Shown here piece after piece: positions 9,323 to 18,876 of a stretch of 64,000 nucleotides of DNA (the stretch's first letter is position 1; every line of letters begins with the position of its first letter). The notes under the pieces were generated by a model. That model saw only the letters and a program-made list of their open reading frames with translations. It was not told the origin of the DNA and searched no databases. This DNA is from Escherichia phage vB_EcoM_G2133. A program made the position numbers and the translations under genes. The stretch lies in sequence record MK327928.1, one strand, 5' to 3'.

Positions 9323-10642
9323 TCACACATAAAACACATCATAACGACCACGAGTGACACCAACATAAAGAAGCTGCTGAGCTAATTCAGCATCTGCATA
9401 ATGAATACAAGGCGTATAAATGAAAGCACGGTCTACAGACATACCCTGCGCTTTATGGAATGTTGATGCAGGAAGTGCTTTCACTTTACTGAACTGTGAT
9501 TTAGCATCCCAAAAATCACTCCACGGAGCTTTTCCGCCTTTGTTCCAATTTTTATAAGTTTCTGCCGTTTTACCTAAAAATAGGTTAAACTTATACAATT
9601 CTTCATCGGATGAAATTATTTTAATCTTTTCACGATAATATTCATCATCGCCGTAAGTTTCTACTGTTAAATCCCAATGACGAATTAGATATTCTCCAGG
9701 AACACCACGAGCTTTAACAAACGTCGATGTATACTCTGCTTCTATAATACGAACTAATTGTCCGTTATTAAAAATAATTTCTGACACAGGCTTTCCATCA
9801 ATTTTATATGTTTTAATTAATGGTTCCTGCATTACAATAATTTCACCGACAATAAAATCTTTATCAGTTTCAAAAATCTTTTTACGAATAATGCTATTTA
9901 ACTTATCAACAGATTTATTCGTAAATGCCATTACACGATTTTCAAACAAATCATCTAGAGATTTGACGATTGAAAAATAATTTACCATAAAATCGCGTAA
10001 AGCGGTATCACCTGTAAATCCACGTACTCCATGCCCGTCAACAACTTTATCATAAATCCACTTACCGTTACGAACATCAGTAGCTACATCAATAATAGGA
10101 GCATTACTGCGTTTAACTTCAGTAAGTTCACACTGATAAAAATCTTTGTGTGTAAAGAACGGACTGATATAAGCAGTGTTTTCTCCTGGGTCAACAGGTC
10201 TAATTTGCTTATTATCACCTATTCCAATTATAGTACACCACGGCGGGATAGTTGAAAGCAGAATTTTAAATAGCTTTCTATCATACATTGACACTTCGTC
10301 GCAGATTAATACCCTGCATTTAGCTAAATCTGGTACTTCCTTCTGCTCGAAGAGGACATTTTCTTCATATGTTACTGGGTTAATTTTAAGAATACTATGA
10401 ATAGTACTTGCTTCTTTCCCTGATAGTTTTGAAAAAATCTTTTTAGCTGCATGAGTAGGAGCTGCTAAAATAATACCAGTTTCACCCGTAGATATTAAAG
10501 CTTCAATGATGAACTTAGTAAGAGTAGTCTTACCGGTACCGGCAGGTCCATTAATAGTTACATGGTGTTTCTTTTCTTTAATAGCCTTCATAACAATGTT
10601 AAAGGCATTTTTCTGGCCTTCGGTCAAATCATCAAATGTCAT
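9323..10642 (-). CDS. dda: Dda DNA helicase (SF1B)
   Basis: 439 aa; Walker A GPAGTGKTT; Walker B LICDEVSM. Confidence 0.8.
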   Translation of the reverse strand: MTFDDLTEGQKNAFNIVMKAIKEKKHHVTINGPAGTGKTTLTKFIIEALISTGETGIILAAPTHAAKKIFSKLSGKEASTIHSILKINPVTYEENVLFEQKEVPDLAKCRVLICDEVSMYDRKLFKILLSTIPPWCTIIGIGDNKQIRPVDPGENTAYISPFFTHKDFYQCELTEVKRSNAPIIDVATDVRNGKWIYDKVVDGHGVRGFTGDTALRDFMVNYFSIVKSLDDLFENRVMAFTNKSVDKLNSIIRKKIFETDKDFIVGEIIVMQEPLIKTYKIDGKPVSEIIFNNGQLVRIIEAEYTSTFVKARGVPGEYLIRHWDLTVETYGDDEYYREKIKIISSDEELYKFNLFLGKTAETYKNWNKGGKAPWSDFWDAKSQFSKVKALPASTFHKAQGMSVDRAFIYTPCIHYADAELAQQLLYVGVTRGRYDVFYV

Positions 10643-10950
10643 CGTAAATTCCCTGCAATTGGTATACTAACAATACGCCCAGTATCTAAAATTCGCTGAT
10701 ATAATCTTTGCGTGTCTACGTCAGGCTTAACATGTTTAACTTCTATTTTATTAAACCAAAATTTACGTGGAGTCTCAACTAATCTTGGAATTCCTTTACC
10801 TAAAGCTAGTCGATACTGCTCTTTAAGAGTGGTAAATACTTTATCAGCAATCTTCCATTCAAAAAATACAGCAGGACGATGTTCATCAAGCGGAACTGGC
10901 GCCGTAAATCCGTCTTTGTCTCGGTAAACTATCGCGTATACATAAACCAT
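10639..10950 (-). CDS. hypothetical protein (dda.1-like)
   Basis: 103-aa ORF overlapping dda start by 4 nt. Confidence 0.45.
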   Translation of the reverse strand: MVYVYAIVYRDKDGFTAPVPLDEHRPAVFFEWKIADKVFTTLKEQYRLALGKGIPRLVETPRKFWFNKIEVKHVKPDVDTQRLYQRILDTGRIVSIPIAGNLR

Positions 10951-10951
10951 A

Positions 10952-11698
10952 TTATCCTCGGATAAGTTTAAAAATTGAACAATTTAGCGGGTATCCTCTT
11001 TTCAGTTTAAGTTTATCAATAAAAGACAAATTTTGATACCGCTCTACACCTTGAATAATTTTATCACACATATCATATTGCATTTCTGCTTCTGACAGCT
11101 TTTTCACAATTTTCCAATCCGAGCCTTTAAGAAGAACGTTCAATTTAACAACTTCAGCGCCTTCTGCTATGCGAGAACCATCAATACGAGCTTTAAGCGC
11201 TATAATCCTTAGCTTAATGTCAGAGGTCTGTTTTGATTTAGAAAGCTGAGAAATGTGTTCAATTCGGTTTTCACGTTTTTTCTGTATAGCTTTAATTTGA
11301 TTATAAGTCTTTTTGATTTTAGCCCATTTCTTTTCATCTAAATTTAGTTTATGAACTTTTTTCGCAGATGAACGACCAATTCGCAAAGCAAATAAATCAC
11401 GCTTTTCAATCAACTCTTCTAAAGTATAATCAGAACGAAATGTATTATACTTTTTCTTTACTGCAATAACATTCCCTTTAATGTATCCAACGTTATTATC
11501 AAAACGTTCTAATGATAATTTCTCTCCTTCAACACGATTATCAAAAGGTTCTCCTGAGTAAGCACAAACTTTCTGATCTAAAATGTTCTTAATGTAATTG
11601 AAGTCTAAGTTAAAATCTTTAGAACGTCTTTTTGCAGATGCCTGGGTATGCTCTAGACGACGTTTAATTTTACGAATTTGGTTATTAGACAGCTTCAT
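10952..11698 (-). CDS. hypothetical basic protein (Srd-like by position)
   Basis: 248-aa lysine/arginine-rich ORF. Confidence 0.4.
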   Translation of the reverse strand: MKLSNNQIRKIKRRLEHTQASAKRRSKDFNLDFNYIKNILDQKVCAYSGEPFDNRVEGEKLSLERFDNNVGYIKGNVIAVKKKYNTFRSDYTLEELIEKRDLFALRIGRSSAKKVHKLNLDEKKWAKIKKTYNQIKAIQKKRENRIEHISQLSKSKQTSDIKLRIIALKARIDGSRIAEGAEVVKLNVLLKGSDWKIVKKLSEAEMQYDMCDKIIQGVERYQNLSFIDKLKLKRGYPLNCSIFKLIRG

Positions 11699-11734
11699 AT
11701 TTTTCTCACATCTTACGGACGGTTAACTACTTAT

Positions 11735-11764
11735 ACTATAACATTTTTACTTTAACTTGTAAAC
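11735..11764 (-). promoter_or_regulatory. T4-type early promoter (-10 TATAGT)
   Basis: GTTTAC (11764..11759), 18-bp spacer, TATAGT. Confidence 0.5.
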
Positions 11765-11820
11765 AACTTTATGAAAAATGCTTTAAAACTTTCATGGTAT
11801 AATGAATCTAAGTCCTTCCA

Positions 11821-12423
11821 TTATAGATTAAATCCTTCAAAATCAAGAGTATAGATAGTGTATGTTGAATACTTTTTGTACTCATATCTATCTGCAATTC
11901 TAAATACACTTCCAGCTGGTATCATTACTTCTTGTTCATCTGAAACTAATTCCATATTACGATAACGATGGCTATCTGGAAACTTAAAGTTTGGATTGTA
12001 TTCTTTACAGCGTAGAGCTTTTATAGCATACTCCTGGAAATTGAATACCATAGGAGCTTTGAATTCAAAAATAACTTGTGTGTTATATTCTAAACCAGAA
12101 GCAAAATGTAGAGCTATATTTTTATCATATGAAGCTGATACTACTTTATCAAATGTAATAATATCAATTCCTTGATTTAACACCTGCTTAGTCTCAGCTG
12201 GAACACCTCTCCAAAGAGGTTTATCGTTTGGAACCAAACGAGATTTGATTATTTCATTTAACCAAGTATGGTCATCTGGTTTATTAGTAATACAATGAAT
12301 TAAAAGTTCAATTTCAGATAAATTAAACCCTTCAGAAAGTAATTCTTCACGAATAGAAGCACGCACCGATGCATCCATTGATTTTATTTTAAAATCTTTT
12401 AGTTGCATTACCGAGTATTTCAT
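11821..12423 (-). CDS. modA: ModA-like ADP-ribosyltransferase
   Basis: 200 aa, size and position match T4 modA; paralog of the next ORF. Confidence 0.55.
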   Translation of the reverse strand: MKYSVMQLKDFKIKSMDASVRASIREELLSEGFNLSEIELLIHCITNKPDDHTWLNEIIKSRLVPNDKPLWRGVPAETKQVLNQGIDIITFDKVVSASYDKNIALHFASGLEYNTQVIFEFKAPMVFNFQEYAIKALRCKEYNPNFKFPDSHRYRNMELVSDEQEVMIPAGSVFRIADRYEYKKYSTYTIYTLDFEGFNL

Positions 12424-13043
12424 TCAACTACCTCAATATCATAAACTTTAAATGTTCCAAATGAATCGTGTAATTTTTCTTTTGAAATAGAAGTTATTCT
12501 ATACTTTCCAATTGGAATCATCCATTCCTGTTCACGCACAATCATCATTAAGTTATCAGTACGCTCTGAATCTAATCCATCAGTATCTTCATACGTGTAC
12601 TTAAACTCAGTATTAGGAGAAGAAAGTATAATATCGCTGATATGGTCAGAATAATTAAAAGCTTTATTAGTTTTTAAGCGAAGTATTATTTTAGTAAAAT
12701 ATTCAGCGTAAGAAAAAGAACATGCTGTGAGCAAACTAGTAGTAAATGAATCTACTCTATTCGTTGAAAACACTTCTCCAACTTGTAAATCTTTAATAAG
12801 TTCTTCTGTTGATTTTGATATACCACGATATAACTGATATGGTGATTTAGTTAAATGCTTTTTAATGATTTTATTCAATTGCCGATGAAGAGCTTCATTC
12901 TTTTTGGCTTCCATACATTGCCAAAGAACTGACTGCTCAAAGTCAGTAAATTTTTCACAGACCTTTTTATACATATCATATTGAAAATCGACGCTTTCAG
13001 CTTTTATAGATAACTGTTCAACATCTGCAAGATTAATAATCAT
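12420..13043 (-). CDS. modB: ModB-like ADP-ribosyltransferase
   Basis: 207 aa, 4-nt overlap with modA. Confidence 0.55.
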   Translation of the reverse strand: MIINLADVEQLSIKAESVDFQYDMYKKVCEKFTDFEQSVLWQCMEAKKNEALHRQLNKIIKKHLTKSPYQLYRGISKSTEELIKDLQVGEVFSTNRVDSFTTSLLTACSFSYAEYFTKIILRLKTNKAFNYSDHISDIILSSPNTEFKYTYEDTDGLDSERTDNLMMIVREQEWMIPIGKYRITSISKEKLHDSFGTFKVYDIEVVE

Positions 13044-13110
13044 GATAGCCTCCGTATACTTCAGAAGCTATCATATCATCGTTAGAAAGGAAAGTAAACA
13101 ACTTTTTGAA

Positions 13111-13293
13111 TTATTTTGCCCAGGGAGCCCAAGGCGGAGGGTCAAGATGGTATGAAGCTAGTTCTTCTAGAAGAGCATCTGGGGCTTCAATTCCATAATT
13201 CTGTAATACTATACGGTACTCTTTCTTATAATCACTAGAATCATTCTGGATATTCGTAGAATGATTATCTTCTAACATCTCAAATAAATCCAT
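13111..13293 (-). CDS. hypothetical small protein
   Basis: 60-aa ORF. Confidence 0.4.
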   Translation of the reverse strand: MDLFEMLEDNHSTNIQNDSSDYKKEYRIVLQNYGIEAPDALLEELASYHLDPPPWAPWAK

Positions 13294-13301
13294 ATTAATT
13301 C

Positions 13302-13772
13302 CTAGCGATAAAAACCAAATTGACGATTAGCTTCAATAATCTTTCTTTCTTCTTCGGACATTCTCCATCGTAGTCCAACATCAAAATGAGCCCAGACCAT
13401 CCTAACAAATGCATTTATATCTTTAATATCTTCAATAATGAATGTTTTACTTTTAGAAGGTTGACTCGCTAATTTAACTTTATCGTCTTCAAACATGTCA
13501 AAAAGACCATATTCATGAGCTCTTTTATAGCCTTTAATAGTTAAAGCTTCAGAAGAAGAAAATGGTGAATCTGTATTCTGCAAAATATCTTCAGTATGCT
13601 TTATAATTAGAATAATATTTTCTGGATATTTTCTTTCTTTTATATCTTTAATTAAAATATCCGGATTTTCTGCTAAAGGAATAATTAATGAGCATTTTTT
13701 ATCAAGTGTATTTACTGATTTACCTTCTTTAGACATAAATTCTATTGAATAATGTTTTGCTACTTCAATCAT
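13302..13772 (-). CDS. hypothetical protein
   Basis: 156-aa ORF. Confidence 0.45.
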   Translation of the reverse strand: MIEVAKHYSIEFMSKEGKSVNTLDKKCSLIIPLAENPDILIKDIKERKYPENIILIIKHTEDILQNTDSPFSSSEALTIKGYKRAHEYGLFDMFEDDKVKLASQPSKSKTFIIEDIKDINAFVRMVWAHFDVGLRWRMSEEERKIIEANRQFGFYR

Positions 13773-13917
13773 GGGATTTCCTTTTGCCTACTAATGGACC
13801 ATCGGGAATTTTGTTTTCCTGGATATATTTCTCATTTTCTTCCATCATTTTACTGCCAATTTTAAGAAGCAAATCCAGTGCTTCATTTGCTTTAGCTTTA
13901 GCCTCTTCCAGCGTCAT
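13765..13917 (-). CDS. hypothetical small protein, 50 aa, not in ORF track
   Basis: [50 protein letters not shown]; stop overlaps next start (ATGATTGA). Confidence 0.45.
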   Translation of the reverse strand: MTLEEAKAKANEALDLLLKIGSKMMEENEKYIQENKIPDGPLVGKRKSHD

Positions 13918-13925
13918 ATCTTTGT

Positions 13926-14129
13926 TCACGATTTATCCCCATAGATGTCTCTCATCAATTTAAGCGCTGAGCGTTCTAATTTCTTTTCTTTCTCAGCACT
14001 AATCATTGATTTCATCCATTCTTCTGATTCGTTCTGCATTTCTTTATTTGCTTGTTCAACCCAACCATCATCAATGTACATTGAGTTTGGTCTATTGAAC
14101 CATTCAAGAATCTTCTTGAGAGCTTTCAT
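13926..14129 (-). CDS. hypothetical small protein
   Basis: 67-aa ORF. Confidence 0.4.
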   Translation of the reverse strand: MKALKKILEWFNRPNSMYIDDGWVEQANKEMQNESEEWMKSMISAEKEKKLERSALKLMRDIYGDKS

Positions 14130-14601
14130 TTATTTTACCTAAAACAATAGTAGGAGCATTGTCAAATTTATGAATTTTTAGCAAATTTGGATTTAAATTA
14201 TTCCATAAAGAGGTAATAAAATATGATAGCGCACTTTCGTCCGTAATTATAAATTTATTTCCTTTATCTATTTTCCAATCATATATTGAATCATATGAAT
14301 AGAAGGATAACGGTTTATTATTATAATATGCTTCAGCAACATCAATATAGTTAGATTTAGTAAATGCTTGAATTGCCATAAATGGAGAATTTTGTACAGT
14401 TTCAATAATTCCGATCTTTTTAAGTTTTATTTCAACATCTTCTGGAATTGGCATTGAAATAAAATCTTCTACTAGATACATGTTATTGTCATATCTTTTA
14501 TCAATCATTACTGCTACGGTAATTGGAACATCCTTGACAAACGCCATACTAATGCTATTGATAGACATTTCAAACAAAATTGCTTCCATAATTTTCCTCA
14601 A
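14104..14601 (-). CDS. hypothetical protein
   Basis: 165-aa ORF. Confidence 0.45.
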   Translation of the reverse strand: MRKIMEAILFEMSINSISMAFVKDVPITVAVMIDKRYDNNMYLVEDFISMPIPEDVEIKLKKIGIIETVQNSPFMAIQAFTKSNYIDVAEAYYNNKPLSFYSYDSIYDWKIDKGNKFIITDESALSYFITSLWNNLNPNLLKIHKFDNAPTIVLGKINESSQEDS

Positions 14602-14939
14602 TCACAAGATGTAGATGAACAACTAGAATCACAAGAACTTCCACATGAATCGCCCGTCCATACATAAACAGGAACATTTGTATCATATGAATCAGAACTA
14701 GACTGTGTTTTCTGTGCATTAGATGATGTAGTAGGTGTTGACCAGCGCCAAGGATTTTTATAATATTCTTGGGCTTCTTCATAAGTCATAGTAACTGCTT
14801 CTACTGTTCCATCTCCCATATAAACATACTCAACTACAGTTAAAGGAAGGTAGTCATTTGAAATAGGAACTACACCTTCTCCGGGAGTTGTAGAGAAAAA
14901 ATCTGTAAAGAAACTTTTAAACCAATTAAAGATAAACAT
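14598..14939 (-). CDS. hypothetical protein with Cys/Ser-rich C-terminus
   Basis: 113-aa ORF ending [18 protein letters not shown]. Confidence 0.45.
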   Translation of the reverse strand: MFIFNWFKSFFTDFFSTTPGEGVVPISNDYLPLTVVEYVYMGDGTVEAVTMTYEEAQEYYKNPWRWSTPTTSSNAQKTQSSSDSYDTNVPVYVWTGDSCGSSCDSSCSSTSCD

Positions 14940-15145
14940 TACAAAAAGCCTCTCTTGAATTCGACTTGCTTTTCGCCATAATCATATCGAATCTCTGCAT
15001 TAAATTCGACAGAACCATCTGCGTACATCATAAATGAATGAACAACAACTTCTGTAGACCATGGTTGCAGTTCATATTTCTTCATTACATGCCGTGAAAT
15101 GATAATATCTAAATCTTCATTTGGTTTAATCCAACGATTTAACAT
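14939..15145 (-). CDS. hypothetical small protein
   Basis: 68-aa ORF. Confidence 0.4.
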   Translation of the reverse strand: MLNRWIKPNEDLDIIISRHVMKKYELQPWSTEVVVHSFMMYADGSVEFNAEIRYDYGEKQVEFKRGFL

Positions 15146-15171
15146 AGTGCTCTCCTCTATAAGATAATTCT

Positions 15172-15201
15172 ATTATACCATACTCATTTTGGAAAGTAAA
15201 C
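15172..15201 (-). promoter_or_regulatory. T4-type early promoter
   Basis: GTTTAC (15201..15196), 18-bp spacer, tatggTATAAT. Confidence 0.55.
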
Positions 15202-15215
15202 CGTTTAAATGAAAA

Positions 15216-15237
15216 AAGGACTCCCGAAGGAGTCCTT
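15216..15237 (-). terminator. stem-loop with UUCG tetraloop downstream of soc
   Basis: aaggactcc-cgaa-ggagtcctt, 9-bp stem. Confidence 0.55.
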
Positions 15238-15241
15238 GAAT

Positions 15242-15487
15242 TTATTCACCAGTTACTTTCCACAAATCTTCATTTGCAGCAATCCATTCAGTACGTTGAT
15301 TTTCTTCATATACTGTAGAATATGCTGCTTTTTCTGAAGGGAATGTCTGGTAATGAGCGCCAGAAATTTTGTGAACGTCAGAATAAAGAGGGAAAGCTAC
15401 GGAAATTTCCTTTCCTTCAATTTTCTTATTTCCATCTAATTTCTGCTCAAATGTTTTGATATTAACATAACCGCGAGTACTAGCCAT
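15242..15487 (-). CDS. soc: small outer capsid protein Soc
   Basis: 81 aa, MASTRGYVNIKTFEQKLDGNKKIEGKEISVAF; own late promoter. Confidence 0.8.
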   Translation of the reverse strand: MASTRGYVNIKTFEQKLDGNKKIEGKEISVAFPLYSDVHKISGAHYQTFPSEKAAYSTVYEENQRTEWIAANEDLWKVTGE

Positions 15488-15503
15488 GTAATTCTCCTTT
15501 TAT

Positions 15504-15713
15504 TTAAATTACATGATTATTTATAATAAATTCTCGCGGAACGGTAAAATATCCAATTTTAGTTAATATAACAACATCGCCGTTAATAATTACCGGAGAA
15601 TAATCGTCTGGAGCATTAAATTTCCAATGGGCTCTAATATTATATCCATCAGAACCAAATGCTCGACTAGCCGGTCTCCCGGCTTTTTGCCATGCATAAA
15701 AATCAAATTTCAT
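15504..15713 (-). CDS. hypothetical small protein
   Basis: 69-aa ORF. Confidence 0.4.
   Translation of the reverse strand: MKFDFYAWQKAGRPASRAFGSDGYNIRAHWKFNAPDDYSPVIINGDVVILTKIGYFTVPREFIINNHVI
15518..15525 (-). promoter_or_regulatory. late promoter TATAAATA for soc
   Basis: exact TATAAATA on minus strand about 30 nt upstream of the soc ATG. Confidence 0.55.
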
Positions 15714-15916
15714 TTTGAATGCTCTATAATTAATTTTAAGGCTTCTTCACGCACCAACTTGCCTAATGGTATATGACCAGTTTTAATTGTGTAAGCTTTG
15801 TGGAGCTGATTAGATAAGAGCTCGTATGTGAGCTCTTTGTCATAATTTTTAAATAGCTGGTCAATACGTTTCTTGCGGGCTTTCTTAAGCTGGCGTTTAT
15901 TTAAACGAGCCATCAA
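15710..15916 (-). CDS. hypothetical basic small protein
   Basis: 68-aa ORF. Confidence 0.4.
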   Translation of the reverse strand: MMARLNKRQLKKARKKRIDQLFKNYDKELTYELLSNQLHKAYTIKTGHIPLGKLVREEALKLIIEHSK

Positions 15917-16431
15917 TAACCTCGGTCTTGACGAGCGAAGTTTTCAGCATTTTTCAGATAATAAAGTTTAAAGATTTCTTCAGCTGACATTCCAAGAGCA
16001 ATGAATTTATTCATGAAAAAGTGAAATTGGTCAATCAGTTCAAATTTAATTTCAAGCTGATCTTCAGGAGATAAGTCTTGAATTTTCTTGGATTGCATTT
16101 CAGAATAACGTTTCTTCCAAGGTTTCCATACGGCAGAAGCTTCTTTTTCACCATTACTCATACCACCAAGAGAAGTATATAGCTCGCGAGTTTCGTCTGC
16201 GATATAATCGTCTTGGTTTCGCAGCCAAGCAAGAACTTCTCCTGCGGTTTCAAGTGAATCAGGATGACGATTTGTTTCTGGTTTATCATTAGCCAAACGA
16301 ATCTGTAAATGCCGCTGCATATCAAGCATAACCTGCAGTGGGTCAATATTGTGCATAATATTCTCAGCATATGCACGATTTGCTTTATCAACACCTTCGA
16401 TCAAATGAGCACATTCATTAAAGTGAGCCAT
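15913..16431 (-). CDS. 56: dCTPase/dUTPase gp56 (MazG-like); start at ATG 16431
   Basis: 172 aa from MAHFNECAHLIEG with AAGGA ribosome-binding site; track ORF extends upstream through the promoter. Confidence 0.7.
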   Translation of the reverse strand: MAHFNECAHLIEGVDKANRAYAENIMHNIDPLQVMLDMQRHLQIRLANDKPETNRHPDSLETAGEVLAWLRNQDDYIADETRELYTSLGGMSNGEKEASAVWKPWKKRYSEMQSKKIQDLSPEDQLEIKFELIDQFHFFMNKFIALGMSAEEIFKLYYLKNAENFARQDRGY

Positions 16432-16465
16432 TATTTTTCCTTTCAATTCATGGGTTAGTAGATTA

Positions 16466-16490
16466 ATTATACAATAAATATATAAAGCAA
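16466..16490 (-). promoter_or_regulatory. MotA-dependent middle promoter for gene 56
   Basis: minus strand TTGCTTTA, 11-bp spacer, TATAAT. Confidence 0.45.
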
Positions 16491-16502
16491 TAAGGAGGAC
16501 AT

Positions 16503-16703
16503 ATGGTACAAAAATTAATGGCACTTGTTAATGCCATCAAAGGTAATAAAAAGCGTATAGCTTTTACTATTTCTGCTATGGTAGGAATTTTACTCTGGAA
16601 CTTTATTTTATCACCTGTTGCAATTGCGCATGGTATTAATATTCCAGTAGTTACTCTTGATACATTCGTAGATTTAGCATTTGCTTTAGTTGGGTTAATT
16701 TAA
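16503..16703 (+). CDS. small hydrophobic protein (two predicted transmembrane segments) on the plus strand
   Basis: 66-aa ORF in the gp56/gp61 intergenic gap; AAGGAGG 5 nt upstream of ATG. Confidence 0.45.
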   Translation: MVQKLMALVNAIKGNKKRIAFTISAMVGILLWNFILSPVAIAHGINIPVVTLDTFVDLAFALVGLI

Positions 16704-17728
16704 ATCTTAGCATATTTAGATAGCCGCATTTTAGCCATCAACCCCTGAGCAATATTATTTTTCATATATTCCATAATTTGTTCAGGGGTTGCACCTTCCT
16801 TTCTAATCATATCATTAACATCTTTTGATTTCCAGGGAGATTTATCCCAAAACATAACCCTTTCTCCTGCATCAACTAATTTAGTCATTCGCTTAATAGT
16901 GTCAGGATGACGAGGTTCATTATCTAAAACCCACACGCGTCTATCTTTAAATGGAACAACTTCTAGGTCTAATTGACCACCAGTAATAGCTATACCATTT
17001 TCAATAAAAAGTGAATCTATAGGTCCTTCTAGAACATATACATCACCATCTTTAACTCGTTCAACTCCATAGATTTTTGTTGCTTCAGGATAAGCTTTGA
17101 TGGTGATATATTTTTGAGGAGCATCTTTCTTTAATGCACGTCCTTGAAACGACTCAGCTTTTCCGTTAGCATTATAAATTGGAATAATAAGACGAGGCTC
17201 AGAAATTTCCTTTTTGTATGTTCCTGGTGCTATGCTATTAACTAATTTAGGCCATTCGGTTGTAAACCAAAGATATTTCCATTTATCTTTTGGAATACAA
17301 CGAGCTTTTACGTATTTTATAATTGGATGGTCTTCCGCCAGTTTATCTAATCTAACACATGACGGAAGAGATTTAATTATTTTCTTCTCAGGTTGTTTAG
17401 GAAGTTCTTTAGGTTTTTCTACTGGACGACTTTTACCTTTTTCTTTTCTTATTTCAAAGATATACTCACGATATAAATCAGGTTCAAACTCCTTTAAATA
17501 TATTCCGATTGGTGCATGATAGTTACAGTTATAACAATGAATATTTCCTTCATTATTATCACCATAATACCATCCACGAGCTTTATTCTGGTCGGTTTTT
17601 GAATCTCCACAAACAGGGCATCTAAACCGTAATTTAAAAGTTGAACTATTATTTACTTGTGTGAATTTAGGTAAATGAGCTAATGCACGGTATGCAAACT
17701 CATTATCAATCCAAGGTATTGATGACAT
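16700..17728 (-). CDS. 61: DNA primase gp61
   Basis: 342 aa; N-terminal zinc ribbon CPVCGDS...CYNC; Toprim-like core. Confidence 0.85.
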   Translation of the reverse strand: MSSIPWIDNEFAYRALAHLPKFTQVNNSSTFKLRFRCPVCGDSKTDQNKARGWYYGDNNEGNIHCYNCNYHAPIGIYLKEFEPDLYREYIFEIRKEKGKSRPVEKPKELPKQPEKKIIKSLPSCVRLDKLAEDHPIIKYVKARCIPKDKWKYLWFTTEWPKLVNSIAPGTYKKEISEPRLIIPIYNANGKAESFQGRALKKDAPQKYITIKAYPEATKIYGVERVKDGDVYVLEGPIDSLFIENGIAITGGQLDLEVVPFKDRRVWVLDNEPRHPDTIKRMTKLVDAGERVMFWDKSPWKSKDVNDMIRKEGATPEQIMEYMKNNIAQGLMAKMRLSKYAKI

Positions 17729-17730
17729 TT

Positions 17731-17895
17731 TTACTCTTCTTTTTCTTTAGATTCCTCTTTTTTCTTTTTAGGAATCTGTTCAGGACCTTTATTTACTACA
17801 GCGCCTGATGTTGTTCCAGTAGAGATATTTTCAGGACTACCACCTGAATCTCCAGCAAGCATATCTTCTTTGATAAATTCTTTATATGTTTTCAT
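17731..17895 (-). CDS. small protein with internal-protein-like capsid-targeting N-terminus, 54 aa, not in ORF track
   Basis: MKTYKEFIKEDMLAGDSGGSPENISTGTTSGAVVNKGPEQIPKKKKEESKEKEE; N-terminus matches MKTYQEFI of ipII/ipIII. Confidence 0.5.
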   Translation of the reverse strand: MKTYKEFIKEDMLAGDSGGSPENISTGTTSGAVVNKGPEQIPKKKKEESKEKEE

Positions 17896-17896
17896 A

Positions 17897-18523
17897 TTAA
17901 CCTCTATTCATAAAAGCATTAAAAATTTGGTCATCAATAGAAACATTTACTTTAGACTGTTTTTCAGATGGCAATTCATATCCACATATTACAATTTTAT
18001 GATCAATATCAAAATACACAGAAGCAATATGATTAATGATGTTTTCAGTAAAGTCTAAATCAACATCAATATCTTTTTGACCACAGCCCAAAGGATAAAT
18101 AATGCGAGTAATTCGATTATCTTTAACAAAGATTCCACCGACATACTCTGTGCTGCGTTTAAAGTCTACACGCCGACGAAATGAAAAATATTCAGGCTCT
18201 TTATGAGCTCGGCTCATAGGGCACAACGAATAACTAGAATAAGAGATGTCAAATCCTACGCCTTCAATATGAACTAAATTGTCATGATTAAACCAATTAT
18301 AATCATATGCCAAGTCCATTAGACTGTCATATGTGAAAGACACCGGATTAACATCATTGGTCATAAGCATATAATTAGCAACTGCTATAATTTCATTATT
18401 TTTAACGAATACAAACCGTGATTGATGCGAATGACCTGGACCTGCGTTTTCACGATTAATGATATAACACTGGGCACCTTTATATTTGTACGTGTCTTTA
18501 CACTTGTGCATTTGATAAAGCAT
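17897..18523 (-). CDS. hypothetical protein
   Basis: 208-aa ORF. Confidence 0.5.
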   Translation of the reverse strand: MLYQMHKCKDTYKYKGAQCYIINRENAGPGHSHQSRFVFVKNNEIIAVANYMLMTNDVNPVSFTYDSLMDLAYDYNWFNHDNLVHIEGVGFDISYSSYSLCPMSRAHKEPEYFSFRRRVDFKRSTEYVGGIFVKDNRITRIIYPLGCGQKDIDVDLDFTENIINHIASVYFDIDHKIVICGYELPSEKQSKVNVSIDDQIFNAFMNRG

Positions 18524-18816
18524 TATTCACCTACTACTTCAGCGATGATATTTTTATTATTAAAGTTTTTATCGCAATACAGAACATAATTATACTGCAT
18601 TACACCACCAGACTTAAGCTGTTTTTGCACTTCAGCTTTCATTTCAGGGCGATCGCGCTCAACGATATTCATAATATCTGCTTCAATTTGAGTTTCAACC
18701 TCAGTCTGATCTGCCGTCATAGACCATTCGCACAAATCTTTATCATAACCTGCCATAGCAGGCTGAGCAGCACAAGAAGCTAAAGCAAAAATTGTGGCAA
18801 AGATAAATTTTTTCAT
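18523..18816 (-). CDS. sp: Spackle-like periplasmic protein
   Basis: 97 aa with cleavable signal peptide MKKFIFATIFALASCAAQPAMA. Confidence 0.65.
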   Translation of the reverse strand: MKKFIFATIFALASCAAQPAMAGYDKDLCEWSMTADQTEVETQIEADIMNIVERDRPEMKAEVQKQLKSGGVMQYNYVLYCDKNFNNKNIIAEVVGE

Positions 18817-18844
18817 GATAATCTCCTCAGTAGTTTATGTTTAT

Positions 18845-18874
18845 ATAGTATCTCAATTTCCAACAAAAGTAAAC
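18845..18874 (-). promoter_or_regulatory. early promoter variant (-10 TACTAT)
   Basis: GTTTAC (18874..18869), 18-bp spacer, TACTAT. Confidence 0.4.
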
Positions 18875-18876
18875 AG

